A stretch of 64,000 bases of DNA, taken from contig PLBO01000070.1 of the NCBI GenBank assembly GCA_003134555.1, positions 99,226 through 163,225 on the forward strand. Direction: 5' to 3'. Below are positions 36,976 through 47,344 of this stretch, in pieces. The translations under genes and the position numbers were made by a program. The notes under the pieces were generated by a model. That model was not told the DNA's origin. It made no database searches and saw nothing but the letters and a program-made list of their open reading frames with translations. Source of the DNA: Actinomycetota bacterium (GTDB lineage: Bacteria; Actinomycetota; Acidimicrobiia; IMCC26256; PALSA-610). Position 1 is the stretch's first letter. Each line of letters begins with the position of its first letter.

Positions 36976-38142
36976 ATGGCGGGGAAGAGAGTCGCGGTCG
37001 TCGGCGTCGGCCAGACGGTGCATCGCACGGCGCGCAAGGACGTGTCGATGGCGGGACTCGTGCGCGAAGCCGCGCAGGAGGCGCTCGACGACGCGGGCAT
37101 GGCCTGGAGCGATATCGACGCGGTCGTCATCGGCAAGGCGCCCGACATGTTCGAGGGCGTCGCGATGCCGGAGCTGTACCTCGCCGACGCGCTCGGCGCC
37201 GTCGGCAAACCGATGATGCGCGTGCACACGGCCGGCTCGGTGGGCGGATCCACGAGCATCGTCGCGGCCAAGCTCGTCGCCGCGGGCCTGCACGAGCGCG
37301 TGCTCACCGTCGCGTACGAGAAACAGTCGGAGAGCAACGCCACGTGGGGTCTGTCGGTACCGATGCCGTTCGCGGCGCCGCTCGTCGCGGGCGCCGGCGG
37401 CTACTTCGCACCGCTCATCCGCGCCTACATGTATCGCTCGGGCGCGCCGCGCCACATCGGGCATCTCGTCGCGGTGAAGGACCGGCGGGCCGCGCTCCGC
37501 AACCCCAAGGCGCACCTGCACATCCCCGACATCGACCTGAAGATGGTCGAGGAGTCGTTCCTGTTGTGGGATCCGCTCCGCTACCTCGACGTGTGCCCGA
37601 GCTCCGACGGCGCGATGGCGATGGTGCTCGGCAGCGAGCAGGTCGCCGACGCGTCGTCCGGGCCGGTCGCGTGGGTCCACGGGATGGCGATGCGCAGCGA
37701 GCCGACGATGTTCGCGCGTCGCGATCAAGTCAACCCGCAAGCCGGGAAGGACTGCGCCAAGGACGTGTATGCGCAAGCCGGCATCACCGACCCCCGGCGC
37801 GACTTCGACTGCGCCGAGGTGTACGTGCCGTTCTCGTGGTACGAGCCGATGTGGCTCGAGAACCTCGGGTTCTGCGCCGAGGGTGACGGCTGGAAGCTCA
37901 CCGAATCCGGCGCGACCGGACCCGACGGCGACATCCCTTGGAACATGTCCGGCGGTGTGCTCTCGTCGAATCCGATCGGCGCGTCGGGCATGGTTCGGTT
38001 CGGCGAGGCCGCGCAGCAGGTGCGCGGGCGGTCGGGCGACTACCAGGTCGAGTTGAAGACCGGTCGGGCATTGGGTCAGGCGTACGGCGGCGGGTCGCAG
38101 TTCTTCTCGATGTGGGTCGTCGGGAACCAGAAGCCGGCGTGA
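36976..38142 (+). CDS. Thiolase-like lipid-transfer protein (Ltp3-like)
   Basis: 388 aa. Motifs VAVVGVGQT, ...VHTAGSVGGS, NMSGGVLSSNPIGASG. Confidence 0.85.
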   Translation: MAGKRVAVVGVGQTVHRTARKDVSMAGLVREAAQEALDDAGMAWSDIDAVVIGKAPDMFEGVAMPELYLADALGAVGKPMMRVHTAGSVGGSTSIVAAKLVAAGLHERVLTVAYEKQSESNATWGLSVPMPFAAPLVAGAGGYFAPLIRAYMYRSGAPRHIGHLVAVKDRRAALRNPKAHLHIPDIDLKMVEESFLLWDPLRYLDVCPSSDGAMAMVLGSEQVADASSGPVAWVHGMAMRSEPTMFARRDQVNPQAGKDCAKDVYAQAGITDPRRDFDCAEVYVPFSWYEPMWLENLGFCAEGDGWKLTESGATGPDGDIPWNMSGGVLSSNPIGASGMVRFGEAAQQVRGRSGDYQVELKTGRALGQAYGGGSQFFSMWVVGNQKPA

Positions 38143-38552
38143 GCACGAACGTCGACCGCGTACGCGAGATCATGCGACTCGCCGACGAGATGCGGGTCGA
38201 CGAGCTGGTCGAGCTGTTCGCAGACGACGCGGTCATGGAACTGCCCTTCGCGCCGGGGCAGATGCCCCGGCGCCACGTGGGGAAGGCCGCGATCGGAGAC
38301 TTCCAACGGTTCGCGCGTGACGCGTTCAGCCGGTTCTCGATGATCGTCGACACGATCCACGAGACGACGGATCCGAACGTCGTCGTCGTCGAGCACCGCA
38401 GCGATGCGGTGGTCGCCGAGAACGGCCGCCCGTACTGCAACCAGTACGTCACGTTCTTCACGTTCGACGACGACGGCTGGATCACCGGCTGGCGCGAGTA
38501 CTACGACGCGGGGGTCGTGGTTCGAGCGTTTCGGCCCGACCGAGCCGTGTAG
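38139..38552 (+). CDS. SnoaL/NTF2-like fold protein
   Basis: GTG 38139 overlaps the upstream TGA. At 137 aa, ...LFADDAVMELPFAP... and YVTFFTFDDDGWITGWREYYD are typical of SnoaL-like proteins. Confidence 0.7.
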   Translation: MSTNVDRVREIMRLADEMRVDELVELFADDAVMELPFAPGQMPRRHVGKAAIGDFQRFARDAFSRFSMIVDTIHETTDPNVVVVEHRSDAVVAENGRPYCNQYVTFFTFDDDGWITGWREYYDAGVVVRAFRPDRAV

Positions 38553-38583
38553 TTTGCCCACGACGATTCGAGGGAGAAGCGCA

Positions 38584-39828
38584 ATGGAGTTGAGCGACAT
38601 CAACCTGCTGGACCGGGACAAGTTCACGCAGGGCGTACCGCACGAGTGGTTTACCTACTTGCGGGCGAACGCGCCGGTGTACAAGCACCCGGAGCCCGAC
38701 GGTCCCGGTTTCTGGGTCATCACCAAGTACGACGACGTGGTCGCCGTCGGGCGCGACGGCGCGACCTACTCGTCCGACCAAAAGCGCGGTGGTGTCGTCG
38801 TGCTCGAGGAGCAGCCCGACATGAACTTCGAGCAGGGGGGCAACCTCATGCTCACGATGGACGCGCCGGAGCACACTCGCTACCGCAAGCTCGTCAACCG
38901 CGGCTTCACGCCGCGCCAGATGCGGATGCTCGAGCCGCACATCCGCGAGCTCACGAGCAAGATCATCGACGAGGTGATCGAGCAGGGTGGTTGCGACTAT
39001 GTCGTCGACGTTGCGGCCGAGGTGCCGTTGCAGGTCATCGCGGAGATGCTCGGCGTGCCGCAGGAAGACCGGCACAAGTTGTTCGAGTGGAGCAATCGGA
39101 TGATCGGCTCCGAAGACCCCGAGTACATGGTCTCGCAAGAGGAGGTCATGAACGCGCAGGTCGAGATGTTCATGTACGCGAACGAGCTCGCGACGAAGCG
39201 GCGCGAGGAGCCCCGCGACGACATCATCAGCGCGCTGCTCAACGCCGAGGTCGACGGTGACCAGCTCAGCGAGATGGACTTCAATCTCTTCTTCCTGCTC
39301 ATCGCGGTCGCGGGCAACGAGACGACGCGCAACTCGATCTCGCACGGCATCAAGGCGTTCTGCGACTTTCCCGAGCAGTACCAGTTGCTGGTCGACGATC
39401 CGTCGCGCGCTCAGTCGGCGACCGACGAGATCGTCCGGTGGGCATCGCCCGTCATGTACTTCCGGCGCAACGTCACGCGCGACACGGTCTTGCACGGCCA
39501 GGAGCTGAAGGAAGGCGACAAGGTCAGCATCTGGTACATCTCGGCGAACCGCGACGAGGACAAATTCGACCGCCCGTTCGAGTTCGACATCCTCCGGAGC
39601 CCGAACGAGCACGTCGGCTTCGGCGGCGGCGGGCCGCACCACTGCCTCGGGATGAACCTCGCGCGCATGGAGATCTACGTGCTGCTCGAGGAGATGGCGA
39701 AGCGGATTCCGACGCTCGTGCGCACCGGTGAGGCGCAGCCGCTCCGATCGAACTTCATCGCCGGCATCAAGCACATGCCGGTGACATATCCGCCGGGTCC
39801 GCGCGTCTGTCCGGTCGCCGGGCAATGA
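38584..39828 (+). CDS. Cytochrome P450, CYP125-like (candidate steroid C26/27 monooxygenase)
   Basis: ATG 38584 with GAGGGAG upstream. I-helix AGNETT, ExxR (EIVRW), and heme loop FGGGGPHHCLGMNLA. The N-terminus and heme loop resemble the CYP125 family. Confidence 0.9.
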   Translation: MELSDINLLDRDKFTQGVPHEWFTYLRANAPVYKHPEPDGPGFWVITKYDDVVAVGRDGATYSSDQKRGGVVVLEEQPDMNFEQGGNLMLTMDAPEHTRYRKLVNRGFTPRQMRMLEPHIRELTSKIIDEVIEQGGCDYVVDVAAEVPLQVIAEMLGVPQEDRHKLFEWSNRMIGSEDPEYMVSQEEVMNAQVEMFMYANELATKRREEPRDDIISALLNAEVDGDQLSEMDFNLFFLLIAVAGNETTRNSISHGIKAFCDFPEQYQLLVDDPSRAQSATDEIVRWASPVMYFRRNVTRDTVLHGQELKEGDKVSIWYISANRDEDKFDRPFEFDILRSPNEHVGFGGGGPHHCLGMNLARMEIYVLLEEMAKRIPTLVRTGEAQPLRSNFIAGIKHMPVTYPPGPRVCPVAGQ

Positions 39829-40760
39829 GCACGCATCGGTTCCGGTTCGGCGTCGAGGTCCACGGTCCGCTCGACGGGCGCACCTGGGCCGACACCGTCC
39901 GCGAGCTCGAGGCACTCGGCTACTCGACGTTGTTCGTTCCGGACCACTTCGACGAGGGCTTTGGACCGATCGCGGCCATGACCGCCGCGGCCGTGCTGAC
40001 GACGACTCTGAAGGTCGGAGCGCTCGTCTTCGATTGCGACTACCGCCACCCCGCGGTGCTCGGGCGCGAGCTTGCGTCGATCGACGTGTTGTCGGAGGGC
40101 CGGCTCGAGGTCGGTCTCGGCGCGGGTTGGAAGAAGCTCGACTACGACCGTTCGGGCATCCCGATGGAAGCGCCGAAGGTGCGCGTCGACCGGATGATCG
40201 AGCACACGAAGATCTTGAAGGCGCTCTTCGCCGAGGAGCCGGTGAGCTTCGAGGGCGAGCACTACCGCATCACCGATCTGCCGGGCACGCCGCGTCCGTA
40301 CACGCCGGGTGGTCCGCCGTTCATCATCGGCGGCGGCCAACCGCGCGTGCTGCGATTCGCCGGTGAAGTCGCCGACATCGTCGGCGTGAATGCGTCGATC
40401 CACTCCGGTGAGGTCGACACCGAGGCGGCGCACGACGCCATGCCGGAGCGCATCGACCAGAAGGTCGGATGGCTGCGCGAAGGCGCGGGCGCGCGCTTCG
40501 ACCAGATCGAGCTGAACGCGTGGCTCGCGGCCGCAGAGGTCACCGACGACACGGTCGGTGTCGGCGAAGTCATGGGTCAGCTCTTCAGCGCCGATCCGAA
40601 GGATGTGCTCGCCTCACCGCTCACGCTCATCGGATCGCTGTCGGAGTGCGCAGACCGTCTGCGTGAACGCCGCGAGCGTTGGGGCTACAGCTACAGCGTC
40701 ATCCCGGGCGAAAAGGCGCGCGACTTCGCGCCGCTGGTCGCCGAGCTCACGGGCGCATAG
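39825..40760 (+). CDS. LLM class F420-dependent oxidoreductase
   Basis: 311 aa. ATGA overlap with the P450 stop. Motifs FRFGVEV, LFVPDHF, EVGLGAGW. Confidence 0.85.
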   Translation: MSTHRFRFGVEVHGPLDGRTWADTVRELEALGYSTLFVPDHFDEGFGPIAAMTAAAVLTTTLKVGALVFDCDYRHPAVLGRELASIDVLSEGRLEVGLGAGWKKLDYDRSGIPMEAPKVRVDRMIEHTKILKALFAEEPVSFEGEHYRITDLPGTPRPYTPGGPPFIIGGGQPRVLRFAGEVADIVGVNASIHSGEVDTEAAHDAMPERIDQKVGWLREGAGARFDQIELNAWLAAAEVTDDTVGVGEVMGQLFSADPKDVLASPLTLIGSLSECADRLRERRERWGYSYSVIPGEKARDFAPLVAELTGA

Positions 40761-40769
40761 GGGCTCGAG

Positions 40770-41738
40770 TTGCAGATCTCGTGTGCCTTCCCGCCCGGTG
40801 CGCGCGTCATCGATCACATCGTGGAAGCGGAGAGGCTCGGCTACGAGCGCGCGTGGCTGTTCGACTCGCCCGCGCTGTATGGCGACATCTGGGTGATCGC
40901 GGCGCTTGCCGCGCAACGCACGACCCGCATCGCGCTCGGACCCGCTGTGCTCGTTCCCAATCTTCGGCATCCGCTCGCGCAGGCGAGCGCGATCGCCACG
41001 CTCGAGCAGCTGGCGCCGGGACGAGTGGCCGTCGCGATCGGCACCGGTTTCACCGGCCGCATGGCGATGGGTCAAAAGCCGCTGACGTGGGCGTGGACGC
41101 GCCGGTACATCGAGCAACTGCGCGCGCTGTTGCGCGGCGAGAAGGTCGAGGTCGACGGCGCGATCGTGCAGATGCTGCATGGGCCCGACTTCGCACCTGC
41201 GCGTCCGATCCGGACTCCGATCGTCATCGCCGCGAACGGACCGAAAGGCTTGGCGGTCGCGCGAGAGCTCGGCGACGGCGTGATGACCATCGGCGGCGGG
41301 GATCCCGATTTCGACTGGTGCTCGGTGCTCGCGTTCGGCACCGTGCTCGACGAGGGCGAGAGCTCGGGCTCCGAGCGCGCCCTCGCGGCCGCCGGCCCGG
41401 GGCTCACCGTCGTTTATCACGCCATGTACGAGGGAGAGCCGTCGTCGGTCGACGCGCTTCCCGGTGGGGTCGAGTGGCGGAAACGGTTGGAGGAGATTCC
41501 CGGAAACGTTCGACACCTCGCGGTGCACGACGACCATCTCGTTCGGGTGACCGAACGTGATCGGCCGTTGCTCGACGGTGAGCTGATGAAGGCGTTCACC
41601 TGGACCGGCCCGGCGGCCGAGGTGCGAATGCGCGTCGACGCGCTGGCCGACGCGGGAGCCACCGAGATCCTCTACGCGCCGATGGGCCCCGACGTCCAGC
41701 GTGAGCTGCGTACGTTCATGGAGATGGCGACCGCCTGA
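40770..41738 (+). CDS. LLM class (methylene-H4MPT reductase-like) F420-dependent oxidoreductase
   Basis: 322 aa, TTG start. Motifs ...AERLGYERAWLFDSP, and VAVAIGTGF. Confidence 0.8.
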   Translation: MQISCAFPPGARVIDHIVEAERLGYERAWLFDSPALYGDIWVIAALAAQRTTRIALGPAVLVPNLRHPLAQASAIATLEQLAPGRVAVAIGTGFTGRMAMGQKPLTWAWTRRYIEQLRALLRGEKVEVDGAIVQMLHGPDFAPARPIRTPIVIAANGPKGLAVARELGDGVMTIGGGDPDFDWCSVLAFGTVLDEGESSGSERALAAAGPGLTVVYHAMYEGEPSSVDALPGGVEWRKRLEEIPGNVRHLAVHDDHLVRVTERDRPLLDGELMKAFTWTGPAAEVRMRVDALADAGATEILYAPMGPDVQRELRTFMEMATA

Positions 41739-41760
41739 GGCGCGCGAGAAAGAGTGTGAT

Positions 41761-42600
41761 GTGAAGCTGGGTCTGTTCGGCGTCAACATGGGCGTGTCGG
41801 CGGTTCCGGAGGAACTCGTCGTGACGGTCCAGGCTGCGGAAGCGGCCGGCTTCGAATCGATATGGGCGGGGGAGCACGTCGTGCTCCCCGATCCGCAGGC
41901 GCCGCCCTCGCCGATGGGCCCGCAGGATCCGGCTCTCGATCCGCTGCTCGCGCTCACGTGGGCCGCGGCGCACACGGCGACGGTTCGCCTCGCCACCGGC
42001 ATCGTCATCCTCCCGCAGCGCAACCCGGTCGTCCTGGCGAAAGACGTCGCGAGCCTCGACGTGCTCAGCCGCGGCCGCTTCACCTTCGGCGTCGGCGTCG
42101 GCTACCTCGAACCGGAGTTTCGGGCCATCGGTGCCGACTTTGAGAATCGCGGGGCCGTCACCGACGAGTTCCTCGACGCGATGGAGCACCTCTGGTACGA
42201 CGAGCATCCGGCGTTCCACGGCCGCTTCGCCGACTTCTCCGGCGTCGACGCGTACCCGCGTCCGGTGCAACGGCCGATCCCGCTCGTGATCGGCGGGCAC
42301 ACGAAGCCCGCGTACCGGCGCGCGGTCGCACGCGGCCAAGGCTGGTACGGGTTCGCGATGAAACCCGACGAGGTGGCCGTGTGTCTCGCGGGCCTGCGCG
42401 CGGCCGCGCTGGAGACCGAGCGCCCGGCGGAGCTCGGCCCCCTCGAGATCACCGTGACGCCGAGGGTACGGCTCAATGCGGAGACTGTGTCGGCGTTCGC
42501 CGGCCTCGGCGTCGACCGGCTCGTGCCGTACCCACCGCCGACGCGCGACGGCATCTCCGCGACGATCTCCGCAGCAGCGGAGGCCGTCGCCAGTCTGTAG
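41761..42600 (+). CDS. LLM class F420-dependent oxidoreductase
   Basis: GTG 41761 (VKLGLFGVNMG). Motifs ESIWAGEHVV, FTFGVGVGY, LVIGGHT. Confidence 0.8.
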   Translation: MKLGLFGVNMGVSAVPEELVVTVQAAEAAGFESIWAGEHVVLPDPQAPPSPMGPQDPALDPLLALTWAAAHTATVRLATGIVILPQRNPVVLAKDVASLDVLSRGRFTFGVGVGYLEPEFRAIGADFENRGAVTDEFLDAMEHLWYDEHPAFHGRFADFSGVDAYPRPVQRPIPLVIGGHTKPAYRRAVARGQGWYGFAMKPDEVAVCLAGLRAAALETERPAELGPLEITVTPRVRLNAETVSAFAGLGVDRLVPYPPPTRDGISATISAAAEAVASL

Positions 42601-42633
42601 TCGCAGCGCCTACTTGCCGGCGCGCGTGCGCGG

Positions 42634-43029
42634 CTAGAGCGCTATGAGGCCTGCGTTCGTGCGTGTGAACCCGCAAGCGTCGAAGTAGAACGACCGTACG
42701 TTGTCCTCGAAGTCGACGTGTAACCACTCACATCCGGCTGCGCGTGACTCGGCCTGGGCGACAGCGATCAGTTGGGTTCCGATCCCTTGCCGTCGCGCGT
42801 CCGCAGTCACCAATGTGTCGATGACAAAGGCATGGACCGCTCCGTCCCATGCGACGTTCACGAATCCGACGAGTCGGACGCCGTCTCGGGCGCTCACCCA
42901 TCCGAGGCTGTGCTCCTCGAGCTGTCGCTTCCAGTCGTCGTCGAGGACCTTGTGGTTGAAGCCCTCGGCGTGAAGCGCGTTCACATCGGCATTGTCGAAA
43001 TCGTCGCGCCACTTGTAGTCGATCGTCAT
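42634..43029 (-). CDS. GNAT family acetyltransferase
   Basis: Start ATG 43029 (MTIDYKW). RRQGIGTQLIAVAQAESRAAG is the acetyl-CoA binding motif. Confidence 0.75.
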   Translation of the reverse strand: MTIDYKWRDDFDNADVNALHAEGFNHKVLDDDWKRQLEEHSLGWVSARDGVRLVGFVNVAWDGAVHAFVIDTLVTADARRQGIGTQLIAVAQAESRAAGCEWLHVDFEDNVRSFYFDACGFTRTNAGLIAL

Positions 43030-43151
43030 GTGGGCAACGTAGCGTCGGCCTTGGTGGCACTCGGGAAAGTCCGCAATACGTGGAGAGCGTCTCGATCGAC
43101 GACGCGCCCGAAGCTCTGAGAGCGCGCACAAGCACGCCGTAGGCTGACCGA

Positions 43152-43988
43152 ATGGCGAATATGGATGTCGACGGCAAAGTCGTTTTCATCACGGGCGCCG
43201 CACGCGGTATCGGCTTGGACGCCGCGCAGCGCCTCCATTCCGGGGGCGCAACGGTCGTCATCGTCGATGTCGACGAAGCGTTGGCCAAGTCGGAGGCCGG
43301 TCACCTCGGGGCGCGCGCGCTCGGACTGCACGGCGACGTCATCGATCGCGCGCAGCTCGACGCGACGGTCGAGCGAGTGATCGGGGCGTTCGGGCGCATC
43401 GACGTCGTGATCGCCAACGCCGGGATCGCACCGCCGGTCGAGTCGGTGCGGACCGGCAGCGAAGAAGCGTTCGATCGCGTGCTCGACGTCAACCTCCACG
43501 GCGTCGTCAACACGGTTCGTGCGACGCTCCCTTCATTGCTCGAGACGGGCGGCTATCTCCTCATCATCTCGTCGCTCTACGCGATTGTGAACGGTGCGCT
43601 CTCGGCGCCTTACGCCATGAGCAAGACCGCGGTCGAGGCACTCGGTCGATCATTGCGCGTCGAACTTGCGGGCACCGGCGTCGACGTCGGCGTCGCATAC
43701 TTCGGTTTCATCGACACCAAGCTCCTACGCGAGGCCAGCGAGAAACCCGGTATCCCCGAGCTTCGCAGCTCGTTTCCGGGGTTCATCACGAAGGTCGTGC
43801 CCGTCGGGCGAGCGGGGACGGCCATCGCCGACGGCGTGGCCGCGCGCGCCGCGCGCGTCACCGCTCCGAAGTGGATGCGGCTCACGCTGCCGCTGCGCGG
43901 GCTCATCCAGTACCTCGACGGCACGATGGTCAAGCAGCGTCGCGTCCGGTCCGCGATCGACGCTGCCGAGGGCGGTTCCCGCGACTAA
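43152..43988 (+). CDS. SDR family oxidoreductase
   Basis: 278 aa. Motifs ITGAARGIG, ANAG, YAMSKTA. Confidence 0.85.
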   Translation: MANMDVDGKVVFITGAARGIGLDAAQRLHSGGATVVIVDVDEALAKSEAGHLGARALGLHGDVIDRAQLDATVERVIGAFGRIDVVIANAGIAPPVESVRTGSEEAFDRVLDVNLHGVVNTVRATLPSLLETGGYLLIISSLYAIVNGALSAPYAMSKTAVEALGRSLRVELAGTGVDVGVAYFGFIDTKLLREASEKPGIPELRSSFPGFITKVVPVGRAGTAIADGVAARAARVTAPKWMRLTLPLRGLIQYLDGTMVKQRRVRSAIDAAEGGSRD

Positions 43989-44353
43989 CCGTTGTCGACG
44001 AGCGCGCGCGCCAGGCGACTTCGCTCGGCGATCGTCGCCTCGAGCCACGCGTGTGCTGCGAGCCACCCGATCGCCGGGTCGATGCCGTCGCGATCGACGA
44101 TCTCGGAAGTCCGCTCGATCAGGTAACGCAACATCGGGTTGTCGACGTCGGGCCAAGGCGGTTCCGTATTCGACCGCAGCCGGAGTGCATCCAATGAGCC
44201 CTGACCCTGGACGTATTGACCGAGTTGCTCACTCCAGCGCGCGAACACCGCGCTTTCGGTGCCGAGCGCGGCGAGCACGTCACCGATGTCGAGGTCGTCG
44301 ACCTCGTCGAGATCGATCGGCTGCGGGTCGTGCGTGTCGTGCGGGTCGTCCAT
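43985..44353 (-). CDS. Hypothetical acidic protein
   Basis: 122 aa. GC3-biased frame. No recognisable motif. Confidence 0.45.
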   Translation of the reverse strand: MDDPHDTHDPQPIDLDEVDDLDIGDVLAALGTESAVFARWSEQLGQYVQGQGSLDALRLRSNTEPPWPDVDNPMLRYLIERTSEIVDRDGIDPAIGWLAAHAWLEATIAERSRLARALVDNG

Positions 44354-44511
44354 GAGTGCTCTCCGTCCGTCCTGCTCCTACCCCGACCAGGCCTTTCGCC
44401 TGCTCCAGAACAGCGCGAGCCTTGTCTCCTACCCGCTCGGCGGCAAACCCGCACCTGCACGCTTCACACACGAACCACACTCGGACTCACCGACCACACG
44501 AGCGCGAACAG

Positions 44512-45678
44512 TCACTGCGGCGCGGGCGCGGTTCCGCCGCGTGTCTGCGCCCATGTGCGGCCCTGCTCGACATCGAGGTCGTGCGGGAGGCCCAGGAGTC
44601 GCTCCGCGATGATGTTGCGCAACACCTCACTGGTGCCGCCGCCGACCGTGAGCGCCGGACTGAAGAGGAAGCCGCGGTCCCATTCGGCTCCGAGGGTGCC
44701 GTTCGCCTCGAGCAAACCACCCGCGCCCATGAGGTTTTTCGCCAGGGTGAAGACCCGCTTGCCGTGGGGATCGGCGAGCGCCTTGCGCAAGGACGCGTCG
44801 GGTCCCGGCTTCTTGTTCACCGCGGCCGAGATCATCCGCATGCGGTGGTAGCGCAGGATCTCACCCTCGATGAACGCGCCCACGACGGCTTGACGCGCGA
44901 TCGGATCGGCGAGCCCGCCGTTGTCACGGAAGTGCGCTACGAGATCGCGCGCGCTCGGTCCGTAGCCCCACTGGAGCCCGCCGCCGGTCGACAACGACAC
45001 CCGCTCGTTCGCGAGCGTTGACTTGGCCATGCCCCAGCCGAGGTTCTCCTCGCCGATCAAGTTCTCCGCGGGAACGCGCACGTCGGTGAAGAAGACCTCG
45101 TTGAAACCGGCGTCGCCCGCCATGTTGCGGATCGGTCGAACCTCGATGCCGGGAAGGTCCATCGGTACGATGAAGTAGGAGATGCCGCGATGCTTCGAGA
45201 CGTCGCCTCGCGTGCGCGCGATCAGGATGCCGAACTTCGCGTGATCCGCGAGTGACGTCCAGATCTTCTGGCCGTTCACGCGATACACGTCGCCGTCGCG
45301 CTCGGCGCGGGTGCCGAGGTTCGCGAGGTCCGAGCCCGCGTCGGGCTCGCTGAAGAGCTGGCACCACAACTCCTCGCCCGCGAGCATCGGCCACAGGTAG
45401 CGCTGCTGCTGTTGTTCGTTGCCGAGGGCAACGATGATCGGCCCGCAGTGTCCGATGCCGATCGGGTTCAGTGGTTTCGAGACGCCGGCGCGTCGCATCT
45501 CGTCCTCGACGATCAACTGCAGCGCGGGATCGGCGTCGAGTCCGTACGGGCGCGGCCAATGCGGCACGACGAAGCCGGCCTCGACGAGCTGGCGTGGTCG
45601 CGGCGCGGGATGTTCCGTGAACCAACGCCTGACCTCCACCCGGCGCGGGTCGTCTTCGGCGGGCAGGTCTACGTCCAT
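44512..45678 (-). CDS. Acyl-CoA dehydrogenase (FadE-type)
   Basis: 388 aa. Motifs CQLFSEPDAGSDLA, NGQKIWTS, GGGTSEVLRNIIAE. Confidence 0.9.
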   Translation of the reverse strand: MDVDLPAEDDPRRVEVRRWFTEHPAPRPRQLVEAGFVVPHWPRPYGLDADPALQLIVEDEMRRAGVSKPLNPIGIGHCGPIIVALGNEQQQQRYLWPMLAGEELWCQLFSEPDAGSDLANLGTRAERDGDVYRVNGQKIWTSLADHAKFGILIARTRGDVSKHRGISYFIVPMDLPGIEVRPIRNMAGDAGFNEVFFTDVRVPAENLIGEENLGWGMAKSTLANERVSLSTGGGLQWGYGPSARDLVAHFRDNGGLADPIARQAVVGAFIEGEILRYHRMRMISAAVNKKPGPDASLRKALADPHGKRVFTLAKNLMGAGGLLEANGTLGAEWDRGFLFSPALTVGGGTSEVLRNIIAERLLGLPHDLDVEQGRTWAQTRGGTAPAPQ

Positions 45679-45730
45679 GGGTGCAGTCTCGCATTGCCCG
45701 AGCTCGCGGCGCCCTGCTCAACTAGTACTC

Positions 45731-47344
45731 ATGGCCTGGAACATCGCAGATCTCACCGAACACGTCGTGGATACCGTTCCCGATCGGGTCGCATTGATCA
45801 TCGCCGACGAGCCGCGCACGTACGCCCAGCTCGAAGCGCGGGCCAACCGCCTCGCCCATCACCTCGCGTCGCAGGGCATCGGCCCGGGCGACCACGTCGG
45901 GGTCTACGGCTTCAACAGCCACGCCTTCGTCGAGACGATCTTCGCGGCCTACAAGCTGCGCGCCGTTCCCGTGAACGTGAACTACCGCTACGTCGAGGCG
46001 GAGCTGCGATACCTCTTCGACAACGCCGATCTCGTCGCGCTCGTGCACGACGCGCAGTTCGCGCCCCGCATCGCCGCGGTGCGCGATGCACTGCCGATGC
46101 TTCGCCATCTCATCGCCATCGACGACGGATCGGGCGAGGACGTTTCCGCGATCGGCTCGGTGTCGTACGACGAGGCACTGGCCGCTGCGTCACCCGAGCG
46201 CGACTTCGGCGAACGATCCGACGACGACATCTACGTCCTCTACACCGGCGGCACGACCGGCATGCCCAAAGGTGTGGTGTGGCGGCAAGAGGACGTGTTG
46301 TGCGTGCTCGGCGGGCTGGTCAATTTCGAAACCGGCGTGCGGGTGCTCGACGAATGGGAATTCGCCAAGGCCGCGGCCGAGGCGCCGGACGATGCCGGGT
46401 TCGGCGTCGTGATCGCGCCGCTCATGCACGGCGCGGCGCAGTGGGGGACGATCAACGGGTTGATCAACGGCCGCACGACGGTCCTGACGCCGAGGTTCGA
46501 CCCGCACGACGTGTGGCGGGCCGTGGAGCGATACCGGATTCCGACGCTCAGCATCACCGGTGACGCGATGGGCCGGCCGCTGATCGAAGCGCTCGACGAA
46601 GGGGGCTACGACGCGTCGTCGCTGGTTGCCGTCGCGTCGACCGCGGCGGTCTTCAGCGCGACCGTAAAGGCGCAGTTCCACGAACGATTCCCGAATCTCG
46701 TCATCGCCGACGCGGTCGGCTCGACCGAGACCGGGTACAACGGCGTGCGCGTGATCATGAAGGGCGGTGTCGAGAAGCCGGGCCTCCCGACCGTGCGCAT
46801 GGGTCCCGACACCGTGGTTCTCGACGACGACATGAACATCGTGGAGGCGGGCTCCGGTGTCGTCGGACGCATGGCACGCGGTGGGAACGTGCCGTTGCGA
46901 TACCACAAGGATCCCGAGAAGTCGGCGGCGACCTTCGTGACCGTGCACGGCCGGCGCTATTCGGTGTCGGGTGATTCCGCGGTCGTCGAAGCCGACGGAA
47001 CGATGACGCTGCTCGGGCGGGGCTCGGTGTGCATCAACTCCGGCGGCGAGAAGATCTATCCCGAGGAGGTCGAAGCCGCCTTGAAGGCGCACCCCGCAGT
47101 GTTCGACGTGGTCGTCGTCGGCGTGCCCGACGAACGCTGGGGTGAGCGGGTGGCGGCGGTCGTCGAGGTCCGCCCGGACCACTCGGTGACGCTCGAGGAG
47201 CTCGACGCCCATGCTCGCGTGCACATCGCCGGCTACAAGGTTCCAAGGGAGTTGCACGTCGTCGAGAAGATCGAGCGTTCGCCGAGCGGCAAGCCCGACT
47301 ACCCGTGGGCCAAGCGGATCGCGACCGGCGTCACGAAATCTTGA
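45731..47344 (+). CDS. Acyl-CoA synthetase, FadD19-like (candidate steroid side-chain carboxylate-CoA ligase)
   Basis: ATG 45731 (MAWNIADLTEHVVDTVPDRVAL). NVNYRYVEAELRYLFDNADLVALVH, SPERDFGERSDDDIYVLYTGGTTGMPKGVVWR. These resemble my recollection of mycobacterial FadD19. Confidence 0.9.
   Translation: MAWNIADLTEHVVDTVPDRVALIIADEPRTYAQLEARANRLAHHLASQGIGPGDHVGVYGFNSHAFVETIFAAYKLRAVPVNVNYRYVEAELRYLFDNADLVALVHDAQFAPRIAAVRDALPMLRHLIAIDDGSGEDVSAIGSVSYDEALAAASPERDFGERSDDDIYVLYTGGTTGMPKGVVWRQEDVLCVLGGLVNFETGVRVLDEWEFAKAAAEAPDDAGFGVVIAPLMHGAAQWGTINGLINGRTTVLTPRFDPHDVWRAVERYRIPTLSITGDAMGRPLIEALDEGGYDASSLVAVASTAAVFSATVKAQFHERFPNLVIADAVGSTETGYNGVRVIMKGGVEKPGLPTVRMGPDTVVLDDDMNIVEAGSGVVGRMARGGNVPLRYHKDPEKSAATFVTVHGRRYSVSGDSAVVEADGTMTLLGRGSVCINSGGEKIYPEEVEAALKAHPAVFDVVVVGVPDERWGERVAAVVEVRPDHSVTLEELDAHARVHIAGYKVPRELHVVEKIERSPSGKPDYPWAKRIATGVTKS

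Noticed and set aside
44354-44511. 158-bp spacer between the acyl-CoA dehydrogenase and the hypothetical gene, with two copies of CTCCTACCC (44376 and 44426; GGGTAGGAG on the coding strand).
   Set aside because: There are only two short copies, with no dyad symmetry, no credible small ORF and no RNA family I recognise. The evidence is too thin for a regulatory call.
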